Of a DNA stretch of 64,000 nucleotides, positions 47,712 through 56,018 are shown in pieces. A program made the translations under genes and the position numbers. Below the pieces are notes generated by a model. That model did not search any database and was not told the DNA's origin. It saw nothing but the letters and a program-made list of their open reading frames with translations. Where the stretch lies: the sequence record MW760841.1; one strand, given 5' to 3'. Position 1 is the stretch's first letter. Each line of letters begins with the position of its first letter.

Positions 47712-47963
47712 GTGGAGACTATCATGGAAGTTATTGCGGTTAACGTAAAATGTAAGGAAGTTATGCGTTACCGTGTTGTCACTTGCGATACCGACATCGG
47801 CGACGTTAACGAAGTGTTGTTGTTCCCAGAAGGCATGGTGGGCACCTTAGGCCCTCTTGCTACGTTGCACCCAATTTGTTGCAGTATGCTCATTACCGAG
47901 CTAACCCCACCGTACGAAACACATCGACTGAATGTGAAGTGCGGCAAATACGTCCTTAATTAA
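47712..47963 (+). CDS. Hypothetical protein (about 79-83 aa)
   Basis: GGAG RBS (ATG 47724 more likely than GTG 47712); fills the gap on the coding strand. Confidence 0.5.
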   Translation: METIMEVIAVNVKCKEVMRYRVVTCDTDIGDVNEVLLFPEGMVGTLGPLATLHPICCSMLITELTPPYETHRLNVKCGKYVLN

Positions 47964-47974
47964 GAGAATAAGAA

Positions 47975-48352
47975 ATGCGTAAGATGTTGATTGCAATTGC
48001 GGCTGTTTGTTTCACTCTGGCTACAGGCTTAACCTTTGCGGATAGCTCCCCTAAGGACCTGAACGATTTCAATCCTGCGGAGGATACCTATCCGATGACC
48101 CCAGACGAGCACGCCGTGCCGTTGGCGGTACGTTATGGTTTCTTCGTGTATCGCTTAGAGAACGACAAAGGTGAATGTACTGGCGTGGCTCTGGCGAATA
48201 GCAATACCCGGTTCTACCAACGCATGGAAGATGTCGGTTGTGACCCTGTGGTCGACCATGTCTCCCTGTCCCCATCCGAAGTAGCAGACTATGTCACTGT
48301 TAACTTCTATCACAAGACGGTCAACATCGGCCGAATTACGATTCATCAGTAA
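47975..48352 (+). CDS. Secreted/periplasmic protein, family S (125 aa)
   Basis: Sec signal MRKMLIAIAAVCFTLATGLTFA; C-x20-C. Confidence 0.68.
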   Translation: MRKMLIAIAAVCFTLATGLTFADSSPKDLNDFNPAEDTYPMTPDEHAVPLAVRYGFFVYRLENDKGECTGVALANSNTRFYQRMEDVGCDPVVDHVSLSPSEVADYVTVNFYHKTVNIGRITIHQ

Positions 48353-48364
48353 AGGAGTAGCATC

Positions 48365-48772
48365 ATGAAACGTTTTATCGTCGCAGCAGCAGCAGTGGCA
48401 CTGGCTTCACTCGTGACGTTCTCCGCAGCGGCGGTGGACGTTTTCATTCCTAACAATGTGGTCGATCGTAATGACCACAATCAGCAATATTGGTGTCAGG
48501 CCGAAGACCTCAAGACCTCTATGTGTTCTTTGGTCTCTGTGTCAGATGACACGAATTACGTACTGATTAAAGACCTGCCGGGTGTGGCCTGCGAAGACAG
48601 TAGCTTCGGGGTCATCAACACCGTTGACGGCGTAGGTGAAAATATCGAGTACGATGGCGGTCAATGCAAAGGTGATGTGAAAGCACGCTTTGTACGTGGC
48701 ACAGCGAACGGCCAGCTGTACGTTCAAGTTTACAACAGCAAGAAAATATTTGGCAATTACCCGGTGCATTAA
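48365..48772 (+). CDS. Secreted/periplasmic protein, family S (135 aa)
   Basis: Signal MKRFIVAAAAVALASLVTFSAAA; four Cys; AAGGAG RBS. Confidence 0.72.
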   Translation: MKRFIVAAAAVALASLVTFSAAAVDVFIPNNVVDRNDHNQQYWCQAEDLKTSMCSLVSVSDDTNYVLIKDLPGVACEDSSFGVINTVDGVGENIEYDGGQCKGDVKARFVRGTANGQLYVQVYNSKKIFGNYPVH

Positions 48773-48781
48773 GGAGTCACC

Positions 48782-49162
48782 ATGAAACGTTTTCTGTTGT
48801 GTGCGTTGGTTTTCTCGGGAGCTGTAGCTGCAAATACGACCGTCGCTGATTTAACCTTGAAGAGTGCGGTGGACGCGCGTTATAGCCCACCGACCTTTGC
48901 GGTCTGTACGACGAACGACACAGACTGTTACGAAGCGGCATCAATGGAAGAGTTTACGCTCATCCATAAGCCAGGTGACACGTCCTGCCCCGCAGGCTAC
49001 TACTTCATGCTCAACCGCAAAGAAGGGGTTGTTGACAACGTTAACACCGCGACCTGTGATGCGAGCTTGAAGTTATCTTTCCTTTCGAAGCAACGTGCGT
49101 TACAGCTGGAACTGTTTGGCAACCCAATCGGTAATGTCCCACTGGACCAGCAACCGAAGTAA
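48782..49162 (+). CDS. Secreted/periplasmic protein, family S (126 aa)
   Basis: Signal MKRFLLCALVFSGAVAA; four mature Cys; AAGGAG RBS. Confidence 0.72.
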   Translation: MKRFLLCALVFSGAVAANTTVADLTLKSAVDARYSPPTFAVCTTNDTDCYEAASMEEFTLIHKPGDTSCPAGYYFMLNRKEGVVDNVNTATCDASLKLSFLSKQRALQLELFGNPIGNVPLDQQPK

Positions 49163-49253
49163 TAGTGAGTGTAGTCTTTGGCCCTATCCAGGATTTCCCA
49201 TAAGTGGGATAGGGTCCTTTTTTCAGACCATCAATGATTATCAAGGAATACCC

Positions 49254-49793
49254 ATGAACGTTTTAAACACTTTCACCGAAGCACGTAAATATTTCGAAGT
49301 CATCGCCGCTTACAACATTGACCGTTTTCGTTTCCAGTCGATGATAAGCACCGCCCATAAACTCGAAACTCTCAACGACGCCATTCGCGCCGGTATGCCA
49401 ATGGAAGAGATTTCGAAAGGGGTCACCAGTGTAAGCGATTACTGGTACTACAAAGCTATCCATTCTCCAATGCTCAAAGGACAACGCGAAATCTTTGAGC
49501 ATGTTAAAGTGTGGGCAGAAGACAACGGACTGGCATTCAACACTGCCGCCGACAGCTTCCACACCGATGCTTACTGTAATCACATGCTGGTCAAGAACCC
49601 GCATTCTGGTGGTTACGAAATCTTTAACCTGGAAACCGGCACTGCTTTTGCAGCGTCAACCTTACCAGGCCGGAATACTAGCCCAGCGGGCGTAGCCGAA
49701 ATTAACGGTAAGTATGTTCCGGTATTCAATTTTACTCGCCGTGAGTGTGGTGCGAAGTCGTTGGCTGTTATCAGTCATCAGACAACGCATTAG
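49254..49793 (+). CDS. Hypothetical protein (179 aa; start moved to ATG 49254)
   Basis: AAGGA RBS before MNVLNT. Confidence 0.65.
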   Translation: MNVLNTFTEARKYFEVIAAYNIDRFRFQSMISTAHKLETLNDAIRAGMPMEEISKGVTSVSDYWYYKAIHSPMLKGQREIFEHVKVWAEDNGLAFNTAADSFHTDAYCNHMLVKNPHSGGYEIFNLETGTAFAASTLPGRNTSPAGVAEINGKYVPVFNFTRRECGAKSLAVISHQTTH

Positions 49794-49799
49794 TCGCAG

Positions 49800-49823
49800 G
49801 GGGTGGGGGTTATTGCCCACCCC
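49800..49823 (+). terminator. Terminator GGGGTGGG...CCCACCCC + T8
   Basis: 8-bp stem and long T-run. Confidence 0.75.
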
Positions 49824-49848
49824 TTTTTTTTACCACAAGGAAAAAATT

Positions 49849-50502
49849 ATGTCGCAATGTGATCACTTTTTGCTGAACGCCATCCGCTCACTGGATAACT
49901 TCGAACGTTACCGTGCCGGTATGTTCATTCACATCGGTTGTCCGAAAGAGCTGTTTGACAAGTTCATGGACCATCCGGAAATCGGTACGTACTTCCGTCG
50001 CTCGTTCCCGACTGGCTTAAAGATGTTGGCAGACTGGGACAGCAAACCCTTAACCGACGAGCGTGACCGTCGCCTTGACCCGTACAAGGTGCTTAACGAT
50101 AACTACCTGGCTCAACGTGTCATCATGTATTACGTCGACAAGGGTAATATCTGTGCCGAGTGGATGGACTGGGAAAACGATACCCGTCACGTCTACACAA
50201 TCGAACCCGCAGATAAATATCAGGCTCCGGGAATGCCGGGCGCGATTATGGACTTTGACAATCCGAAGTCTATTTATCTGGACTCGCTGTTCCTCGATGG
50301 TATTGCACCGTTGTACAACCACGACCTCTGCATCTGGTTGGCCGAACAGATGCTGGAAGAAATGAAAACTGACAAGGCCCGTAAACAAGGCGAAGGTATT
50401 CGCACGTTATCCGAACTCAAAGCGGAAAACGATTTGAAGACCGACCGCGAAAAAGAAATGGCCGACCATTTACGTACCATGGCTGGGATTAAAAACCAGT
50501 AA
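49849..50502 (+). CDS. Hypothetical protein (217 aa; start moved to ATG 49849)
   Basis: AAGGA RBS before MSQCDH. Confidence 0.68.
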   Translation: MSQCDHFLLNAIRSLDNFERYRAGMFIHIGCPKELFDKFMDHPEIGTYFRRSFPTGLKMLADWDSKPLTDERDRRLDPYKVLNDNYLAQRVIMYYVDKGNICAEWMDWENDTRHVYTIEPADKYQAPGMPGAIMDFDNPKSIYLDSLFLDGIAPLYNHDLCIWLAEQMLEEMKTDKARKQGEGIRTLSELKAENDLKTDREKEMADHLRTMAGIKNQ

Positions 50503-50507
50503 TAACG

Positions 50508-50529
50508 AGAGAGTCCTTCGGGGCTCTCT
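50508..50529 (+). terminator. Terminator AGAGAGTCC-TTCG-GGGCTCTCT + T-run
   Basis: UUCG hairpin with T-tract. Confidence 0.78.
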
Positions 50530-50600
50530 TCTTTTTTTCTATTTTTTACATGAGGTATTAGTCAATATGTAGAACTCAAACTTTCGTAGTAGGTCAAAAA

Positions 50601-53111
50601 ATGTTCAAAGTTGAACGGATTACATTAAAAGGCTTCACCGGGATGGGTCTGCATGAAATTGAGACATTTGATTTTAAAGTGGAATCAATGACGACCATTA
50701 TCCTGGGTGGGAACGGATGCGGTAAGACCAGTTTACTGGCAGTGTATTTCCCGCTGGCTCCAAGCAAGACCGAATTTACCGATGGGGGTTCGTATACCAA
50801 CATCGCAATGTGTGATGACAAACGCTATAAGTTTTTTGTCAAAAAGCAGGGTAGCAGTCTGGTGTGCTCCATTACCGATATGGAATCGGGCGCATTAATC
50901 GTCGACGGGGTCAACCCGAAGGTGTACAACGCACGCGTCGAAGACTTGACCGGCCTGAATAAAGAAGTGAAAGAACTCATTAACGGCGAGTCAGTATTAA
51001 CCCGTGCGAATACGGAGTTGCGACGTCGTTGGTTTACCCGTTTGTCTACCTCGGACTTGAGCTTTGCGTTAGACTTCTACAAGAAGCTGCGTAAGAACCT
51101 CAGTCTGACGAATGGTGCGATTGACCATACTGCGAAGAAGGTCGCAGATATGAAGATGCGTGTCATTGAGGACGAAGGGGAACGGGAACGTCTGTCACAG
51201 CGCCTCACGGAACTGGAAGGGGAATTGGGTGAGTTGAACAAACTCATCAATGCCCTGCCGGGGATTAGTCTGGGTGTGTCCGCTACGACTATCCGTGCTA
51301 AGCTCACGGGTTTGGGTCCGGATGTGGAAGAGATCCTGGCAACGAAGTCTTTACCGACCCCGACCACTATCGAGGCGGCGTTGCACGACCTGAATACGTG
51401 GCGTGAGTTAGCCTCGGCGGCAGAAGCCAGCGTGGGAACGTACAATAAAGAACTTTCCGTGTTGCTCGATGAGGTAAACCGTCAGGAATACCTGATGCGT
51501 AACCATGCTGGGTTAAAGGATACGCTGGAAGTGTTGTCTGTGGACCTCAACAACCACTGTGTTGATGACTGGACGTGGGGCGAGTTGGCACTGAGTGACA
51601 CCATCTCTATCCAGATGCTGCGTAAAGCGCAGTCAGACGCTCGTCAGTGGTCTCGTGAACTGTCAGGGGCTGTGGACTACATCCACACCACCGATAAGCT
51701 CAGACAGGCTGAGGAGCAGCTGTTAAACCACGATGCAACCTCCGTGGCGTATAAAGAGAAACGTCAACGGGCGGTGAACATCCTGGAGCGGTTACAACAC
51801 GACCGTACCCATTTCCTTGATACGCAGGAAGTGGACTGTCCGAAATGTAACTACCGTTTCCGTCCGGGGGTGAATGACAGCCTGGAAAACATCGATGCCA
51901 GTATCGCGAAACAGAATGCCTGGATTCGTGAGTTGGATGTGGCGTTGGAAACGCACATGACGACCCGTGGGGAATTAGAAGAAGACGTGAATGCGAAACG
52001 GAAAATCCGTGACGTTATCATGACTTACTCCCGTGACCCAATTGTGGCGCTGTTCTTCAAAACCGTTCAGGCGGAAGATGCGTTTGTCGTGAACCGTCAT
52101 AAGCTGCCGGGGCTGACCAATCACTTCCTGTCAGAACTGGAAGATGCGATTAGTTATCGCACCACTTGGGACAAACTCAAGAAAGCCGAGCAGGAATGGG
52201 ATGAAGCGGTACGTGCAGTAGGCAATGTGGATGCCGCCCTGGAGAAGAAGGTGCAGCGTTTACGTGGCTTACTGGATGAAGAGTCCGTGAAACTCACTAC
52301 GGCTCGTGGGGGACTGCGTGAGGCACAGGATGAACACGACCGTCAGCAGAAGCTCTATGCGCGTGCTGACGTGGTTCTACGTGCTTGGGAAGGGATAGAG
52401 CAGGATATCGAGACTTCGACCAATAACGAGGCTGTACGTTACCTTATACAGCAGCGTGAGAACAAACTCGATGCCTACACGACGGCGCGTGAGCGTTATC
52501 GTAGCATGGAATCAGAATTAACCGCATTAACAGGGCTGGAAGCTGAGTTAACGGATTTGAAAGTCCGTCAGTTCAACAACCGCCAGATGATTACTGCGTT
52601 CTCTCCGGAGAAAGGTGTACTGAGTCGCTACATCTATAACTCGGTGGTACGTATCACGGAATTGATGAACAAATACATCGGTGCGGTATGGAACTACCCG
52701 ATGCAGGTGTTGCCGTGTGACGTCAGTGAGGGTGACATGGATTACACCTTCCCGTATTTGCTGAATAACCAACCGACTCCCGTACCGGACGTCTGTAAGG
52801 GTTCCAAGGCACAGCAGAACATCTTTAACCTGGCATATCGTCTGACAGGTTACAAAGCCATGAATTTACATGGGTTTCCATTGTTATTGGATGAACCCTC
52901 TGAAGGCATGGATGAAGAACACCGTCATGCGTTAGTGGGCTTCATTAAAATGCTAATAAATTCTGGTGAGTTCTCGCAGGTCATCGTGGTGTCTCACGAT
53001 GCTGATGTGCACTCGAAACTTAACGAAGCAGCCTATTGTGTTATCGACCCGTCGGGCGTTACATTACCGCCGGTGTACAATACGGGTGTGAAGATTGTCT
53101 ATGCGGAATGA
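50601..53111 (+). CDS. sbcC: SbcC/Rad50-like SMC ATPase (836 aa)
   Basis: Walker A GGNGCGKTS, coiled coils, CPKC zinc hook, signature-like KGSKAQ, Walker B LLLDEP, SH. Confidence 0.92.
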   Translation: MFKVERITLKGFTGMGLHEIETFDFKVESMTTIILGGNGCGKTSLLAVYFPLAPSKTEFTDGGSYTNIAMCDDKRYKFFVKKQGSSLVCSITDMESGALIVDGVNPKVYNARVEDLTGLNKEVKELINGESVLTRANTELRRRWFTRLSTSDLSFALDFYKKLRKNLSLTNGAIDHTAKKVADMKMRVIEDEGERERLSQRLTELEGELGELNKLINALPGISLGVSATTIRAKLTGLGPDVEEILATKSLPTPTTIEAALHDLNTWRELASAAEASVGTYNKELSVLLDEVNRQEYLMRNHAGLKDTLEVLSVDLNNHCVDDWTWGELALSDTISIQMLRKAQSDARQWSRELSGAVDYIHTTDKLRQAEEQLLNHDATSVAYKEKRQRAVNILERLQHDRTHFLDTQEVDCPKCNYRFRPGVNDSLENIDASIAKQNAWIRELDVALETHMTTRGELEEDVNAKRKIRDVIMTYSRDPIVALFFKTVQAEDAFVVNRHKLPGLTNHFLSELEDAISYRTTWDKLKKAEQEWDEAVRAVGNVDAALEKKVQRLRGLLDEESVKLTTARGGLREAQDEHDRQQKLYARADVVLRAWEGIEQDIETSTNNEAVRYLIQQRENKLDAYTTARERYRSMESELTALTGLEAELTDLKVRQFNNRQMITAFSPEKGVLSRYIYNSVVRITELMNKYIGAVWNYPMQVLPCDVSEGDMDYTFPYLLNNQPTPVPDVCKGSKAQQNIFNLAYRLTGYKAMNLHGFPLLLDEPSEGMDEEHRHALVGFIKMLINSGEFSQVIVVSHDADVHSKLNEAAYCVIDPSGVTLPPVYNTGVKIVYAE

Positions 53112-53115
53112 CGAT

Positions 53116-53265
53116 ATGTTTAACCTGTTAGTAGTGGCGATTGGTTGGCTCTGTGGAGCTGCGTACGTGGCGGGTCTTGGTACCGCCATTCTTTTCTCGA
53201 TGCTTTGGCCATTGCCTGGCCGTGCACTGGATAGTTGCTGGAAGAAATATAAGGAGTCGAAATGA
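53116..53265 (+). CDS. 49-aa membrane protein (not in track)
   Basis: MFNLLVVAIGWLCGAAYVAGLGTAILFSMLWPLPGRALDSCWKKYKESK; ATGA overlap with the next ORF. Confidence 0.55.
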   Translation: MFNLLVVAIGWLCGAAYVAGLGTAILFSMLWPLPGRALDSCWKKYKESK

Positions 53266-53402
53266 CCGCCGAGTTGTTCGATGCGATTATCACCTCAGTG
53301 GTCTTCACCGGCCTCTGTGTGTGGATTATGGGTAAAGCCCTGGGTTGGGTTTTGAAGTACGCTGAGAAGAAAGGAGCTTTAGATGGGCAAACAAACTGGT
53401 AA
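53262..53402 (+). CDS. 46-aa membrane protein (not in track)
   Basis: AAGGAG RBS; MTAELFDAIITSVVFTGLCVWIMGKALGWVLKYAEKKGALDGQTNW. Confidence 0.6.
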   Translation: MTAELFDAIITSVVFTGLCVWIMGKALGWVLKYAEKKGALDGQTNW

Positions 53403-53607
53403 GTCAAAGAAGTGGACAGCGAAAAGCTTTTGGTTAGAGCTGGCTTTTGTGGTGCTGTTAACCGGCATGGCCATGTGGAAAGGGCCTGACCGCTTTGACT
53501 TTATCATCGCGCTGCTGGTCGGGTTTGTGTGGGGGATGCGTTTCGCGAAGGAACCATGTATTTTCAAACGGATGATTCTGCGGAAGAAATGCGACTGCTG
53601 CGAATAA
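53383..53607 (+). CDS. 74-aa two-TM membrane protein
   Basis: AAGGAG RBS; two hydrophobic helices; ends CDCCE. Confidence 0.6.
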   Translation: MGKQTGKSKKWTAKSFWLELAFVVLLTGMAMWKGPDRFDFIIALLVGFVWGMRFAKEPCIFKRMILRKKCDCCE

Positions 53608-53693
53608 CCTTTGGCCTACTCCTTGCAGGTGGGGTAGGCGTGACCAGTTTCACACTCGGTGCCGTGTGGGGATTAACACACGGCTGGTTCTAA
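53589..53693 (+). CDS. 34-aa membrane peptide (not in track)
   Basis: MRLLRITFGLLLAGGVGVTSFTLGAVWGLTHGWF; GGAAG upstream. Confidence 0.4.
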   Translation: MRLLRITFGLLLAGGVGVTSFTLGAVWGLTHGWF

Positions 53694-53697
53694 GGAA

Positions 53698-53934
53698 ATG
53701 ACAATGTCTGAAATCGAAGACCGTGCCAAGACTATCATTGCCGTTGGGCTGGGAATTATAGGCTTACCGGTAGGTCGGGGTATTCAGTTCTCTGACGAGG
53801 CTGAGATTTGTCGTGATGATGGATATGCAGTAGAACGTCGTTTTGGTGAGGACTGGCATGGGGATGCCCGTCGGCACGAATGTCGAATGCGCAACAGAAC
53901 GCACGGACGAATTATACGGCCCAAGGGACGTTGA
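53698..53934 (+). CDS. Hypothetical protein (78 aa)
   Basis: AAGGA RBS; coding strand. Confidence 0.5.
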   Translation: MTMSEIEDRAKTIIAVGLGIIGLPVGRGIQFSDEAEICRDDGYAVERRFGEDWHGDARRHECRMRNRTHGRIIRPKGR

Positions 53935-54039
53935 ATAAAAACACCGCAATCGTATGCGGGTGATAAGATGACACGCGCACAATACTTCGACTCTTTGCCT
54001 GGCAGTGTGAGTCTGTCAGGTTCACTCAGGAAATCCAAG

Positions 54040-54519
54040 ATGACCGAGATTGTTATCCTCGATAACGCTTCAGAACTGACATCAGAGCAGCAGAAGCAAG
54101 TTCTTAACCTGCATTACTCATTTTTGAATTACCAACGGACTGCACTTGAAGCTAACCATCCCATCCCCGAATTGCGTATCGGTCAACTGTTTGCGGGCAA
54201 CCGCATCGGTCTGGCAATGCACAATGGGCAACCGGTTGGCTACTGCGTTTACCGCATTATTGCCGGAGTTTTGAAATTACGCTCCATCTTTGTTTTGGAG
54301 TCGTTCCGGCGCAATGGCCTTATGACTGAATTACTCAATACCATCCGTCGGAACTCTACGTTCTGGCAGGCGTGTCTGGTTGTCCACAAAAATTGTAAAG
54401 CAGCGGTTCAGTTCTTCAATGACCGTGGTTACAAAGCCACCCCTGACGGTGAGTGGGTACAGATGGCCTACTTTGTTACCGAAAGCAGCTCAGAAACGCC
54501 CTTAGCGGCAACTGCGTAA
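54040..54519 (+). CDS. GNAT-family acetyltransferase (start moved to ATG 54040)
   Basis: VGYC..., LRSIFVLESFRRNGLMTELL (motif A), N..AVQFF..RGY (motif B). Confidence 0.78.
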   Translation: MTEIVILDNASELTSEQQKQVLNLHYSFLNYQRTALEANHPIPELRIGQLFAGNRIGLAMHNGQPVGYCVYRIIAGVLKLRSIFVLESFRRNGLMTELLNTIRRNSTFWQACLVVHKNCKAAVQFFNDRGYKATPDGEWVQMAYFVTESSSETPLAATA

Positions 54520-54673
54520 AGCTTAGCTCTCCTGCGTATACTTTTTCACTATGAGTGAAACTGTGTTTACGTAAGGAGAGCTATTTATGTTTTACCCTCA
54601 ATTTTCAAACCTTCTGGTGCATATCTGCGAGCAGGAATATGCTCGCGTCGTCCCTTTCTTAAAGGATACCTTG

Positions 54674-54916
54674 ATGGAAAAGCCGAATCATGTCAATGTG
54701 GGTACCATCGGTCAGGTTGACCATGGTCGCTCTGCCGTTTCGTCTTGCGTCTCTGGTGCGTTAGGCACGCTACCGAAGCAGGATTACAACTGGACACCGC
54801 TGACCAAGCATCAGCAGCCGTTAAACGCCATGAACGCCACGATGTTGGACGTGCTGGAAGACGCCCTGCTCAGTGGTAAAGATGTCTACGTCGACCGCAT
54901 CCAAGCGGTAGAATAG
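54674..54916 (+). CDS. 80-aa protein whose N-terminus resembles the EF-Tu G1 region
   Basis: AAGGA RBS; [20 protein letters not shown] versus EF-Tu [17 protein letters not shown]. The track start is 54587. Confidence 0.65.
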   Translation: [80 protein letters not shown]

Positions 54917-54962
54917 TTTTTTACGTCAGGTGTATTTGTTGTGTTGAAACCCTAAGGAGCAG

Positions 54963-55232
54963 ATGATGAAGACAACCGTCCCTGAGGTGGCATTGTGTGC
55001 TCTCAAGGAACTAGGTAATGAAACGCCCGTCGAAGTGTTCTCCATTGATGATGAAAGCCGTTCGTATCTGCATTCGGGGTTAGCGATTGCGCTAACCTAT
55101 TACGAACAGTATATCCAGCCGGTTCGTCCGGGAGAACGCCGGGTGTTCTATTATTTCAGCAAAGCCGAATTCCCCCACCCGTTTATTTTTACCCACGTCG
55201 ACACGGAGGCCCCATGCGTCGCACCTCAGTAA
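54963..55232 (+). CDS. Hypothetical protein (89 aa)
   Basis: AAGGAG RBS. Confidence 0.6.
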   Translation: MMKTTVPEVALCALKELGNETPVEVFSIDDESRSYLHSGLAIALTYYEQYIQPVRPGERRVFYYFSKAEFPHPFIFTHVDTEAPCVAPQ

Positions 55233-55426
55233 ACATTGCTGTCCGTATGGCGTTAATGTGGCCAGCGGTACCTGCTGCCGTACCGCAGTACATTAAGCCG
55301 GTCATGAACACCGAAGAGTCGGCATTGAAGCAGGCGGTTATTGCCCGTGTGACCATGCAGATTGGTGAAATGATTGACCGTGCCTACCGAGTGACCGGTT
55401 GGCGAAAGGACGGTGTTCGTTGCTAA
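55214..55426 (+). CDS. Hypothetical protein (70 aa)
   Basis: GGAGG RBS; overlaps both neighbours. Confidence 0.55.
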   Translation: MRRTSVNIAVRMALMWPAVPAAVPQYIKPVMNTEESALKQAVIARVTMQIGEMIDRAYRVTGWRKDGVRC

Positions 55427-55905
55427 TATTCCGCGATGAAGCGCACATCGACGGAGACCTCTTTAATGCGAAAGAACCCTACAAAGTGATTACGATTAAC
55501 TGCGTAGGGGCTATGGGCAAAGGGATTGCCCTCGCCTGTAAAGAGCGTTTTCCTAGAATCTATGAGGACTACCGCTTGCGCTGCAAGCGTAATGAGATTC
55601 TGATCGGTAATGTTTATCTCTACGAGGAAGAGAAAATCATCCTGTTACCGACGAAGACCCATTTTAAGTACCGTTCAGAAATCGCATACGTGACCACCGG
55701 TATTGACGCCCTGGCCCGTCTTGGAAACGACCTGAACGAAGACATCGCTATCCCGCCTTTAGGCATGGCGAATGGTTGGCTGCGCGAGTATGAACGCGCC
55801 ATCATTTATCGTCATCTGTACGACGCACTGAATTCCGGAGAACGCAACTATCGTATCTACTTACCCAAAGCGTTAATGACAGAGGCTAAGAAAACTCTAC
55901 TGTAA
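55420..55905 (+). CDS. Macro-domain protein (Poa1p/DarG-like ADP-ribose hydrolase); TTG start 55420
   Basis: GDLF..., INCVGAMGKGIAL..K.RFP, LLPTK.H, IAIPPLG..NG.L. Confidence 0.85.
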   Translation: MLIFRDEAHIDGDLFNAKEPYKVITINCVGAMGKGIALACKERFPRIYEDYRLRCKRNEILIGNVYLYEEEKIILLPTKTHFKYRSEIAYVTTGIDALARLGNDLNEDIAIPPLGMANGWLREYERAIIYRHLYDALNSGERNYRIYLPKALMTEAKKTLL

Positions 55906-55909
55906 ACAT

Positions 55910-55933
55910 TCTTAAATAGATATTATCAATTGG
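55910..55933 (+). promoter_or_regulatory. Weaker copy of the candidate early promoter (core ATAGATATTATC)
   Basis: Intergenic; central core aligns with the two 24-bp copies. Confidence 0.4.
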
Positions 55934-56018
55934 GCACTTAACAAGGAGTCAATCGCTGGTTGCGCCGTCATCTCGTGGTGAGAGGCGGAAAAGTATACAT
56001 CCATCCGGAGAACCTATC

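Noticed and set aside
54587-54916. Calling this a tuf gene or functional GTPase
   Set aside because: Only about 20 residues resemble EF-Tu, the P-loop Lys is replaced and G2-G5 are absent. Kept only as a mimic hypothesis.
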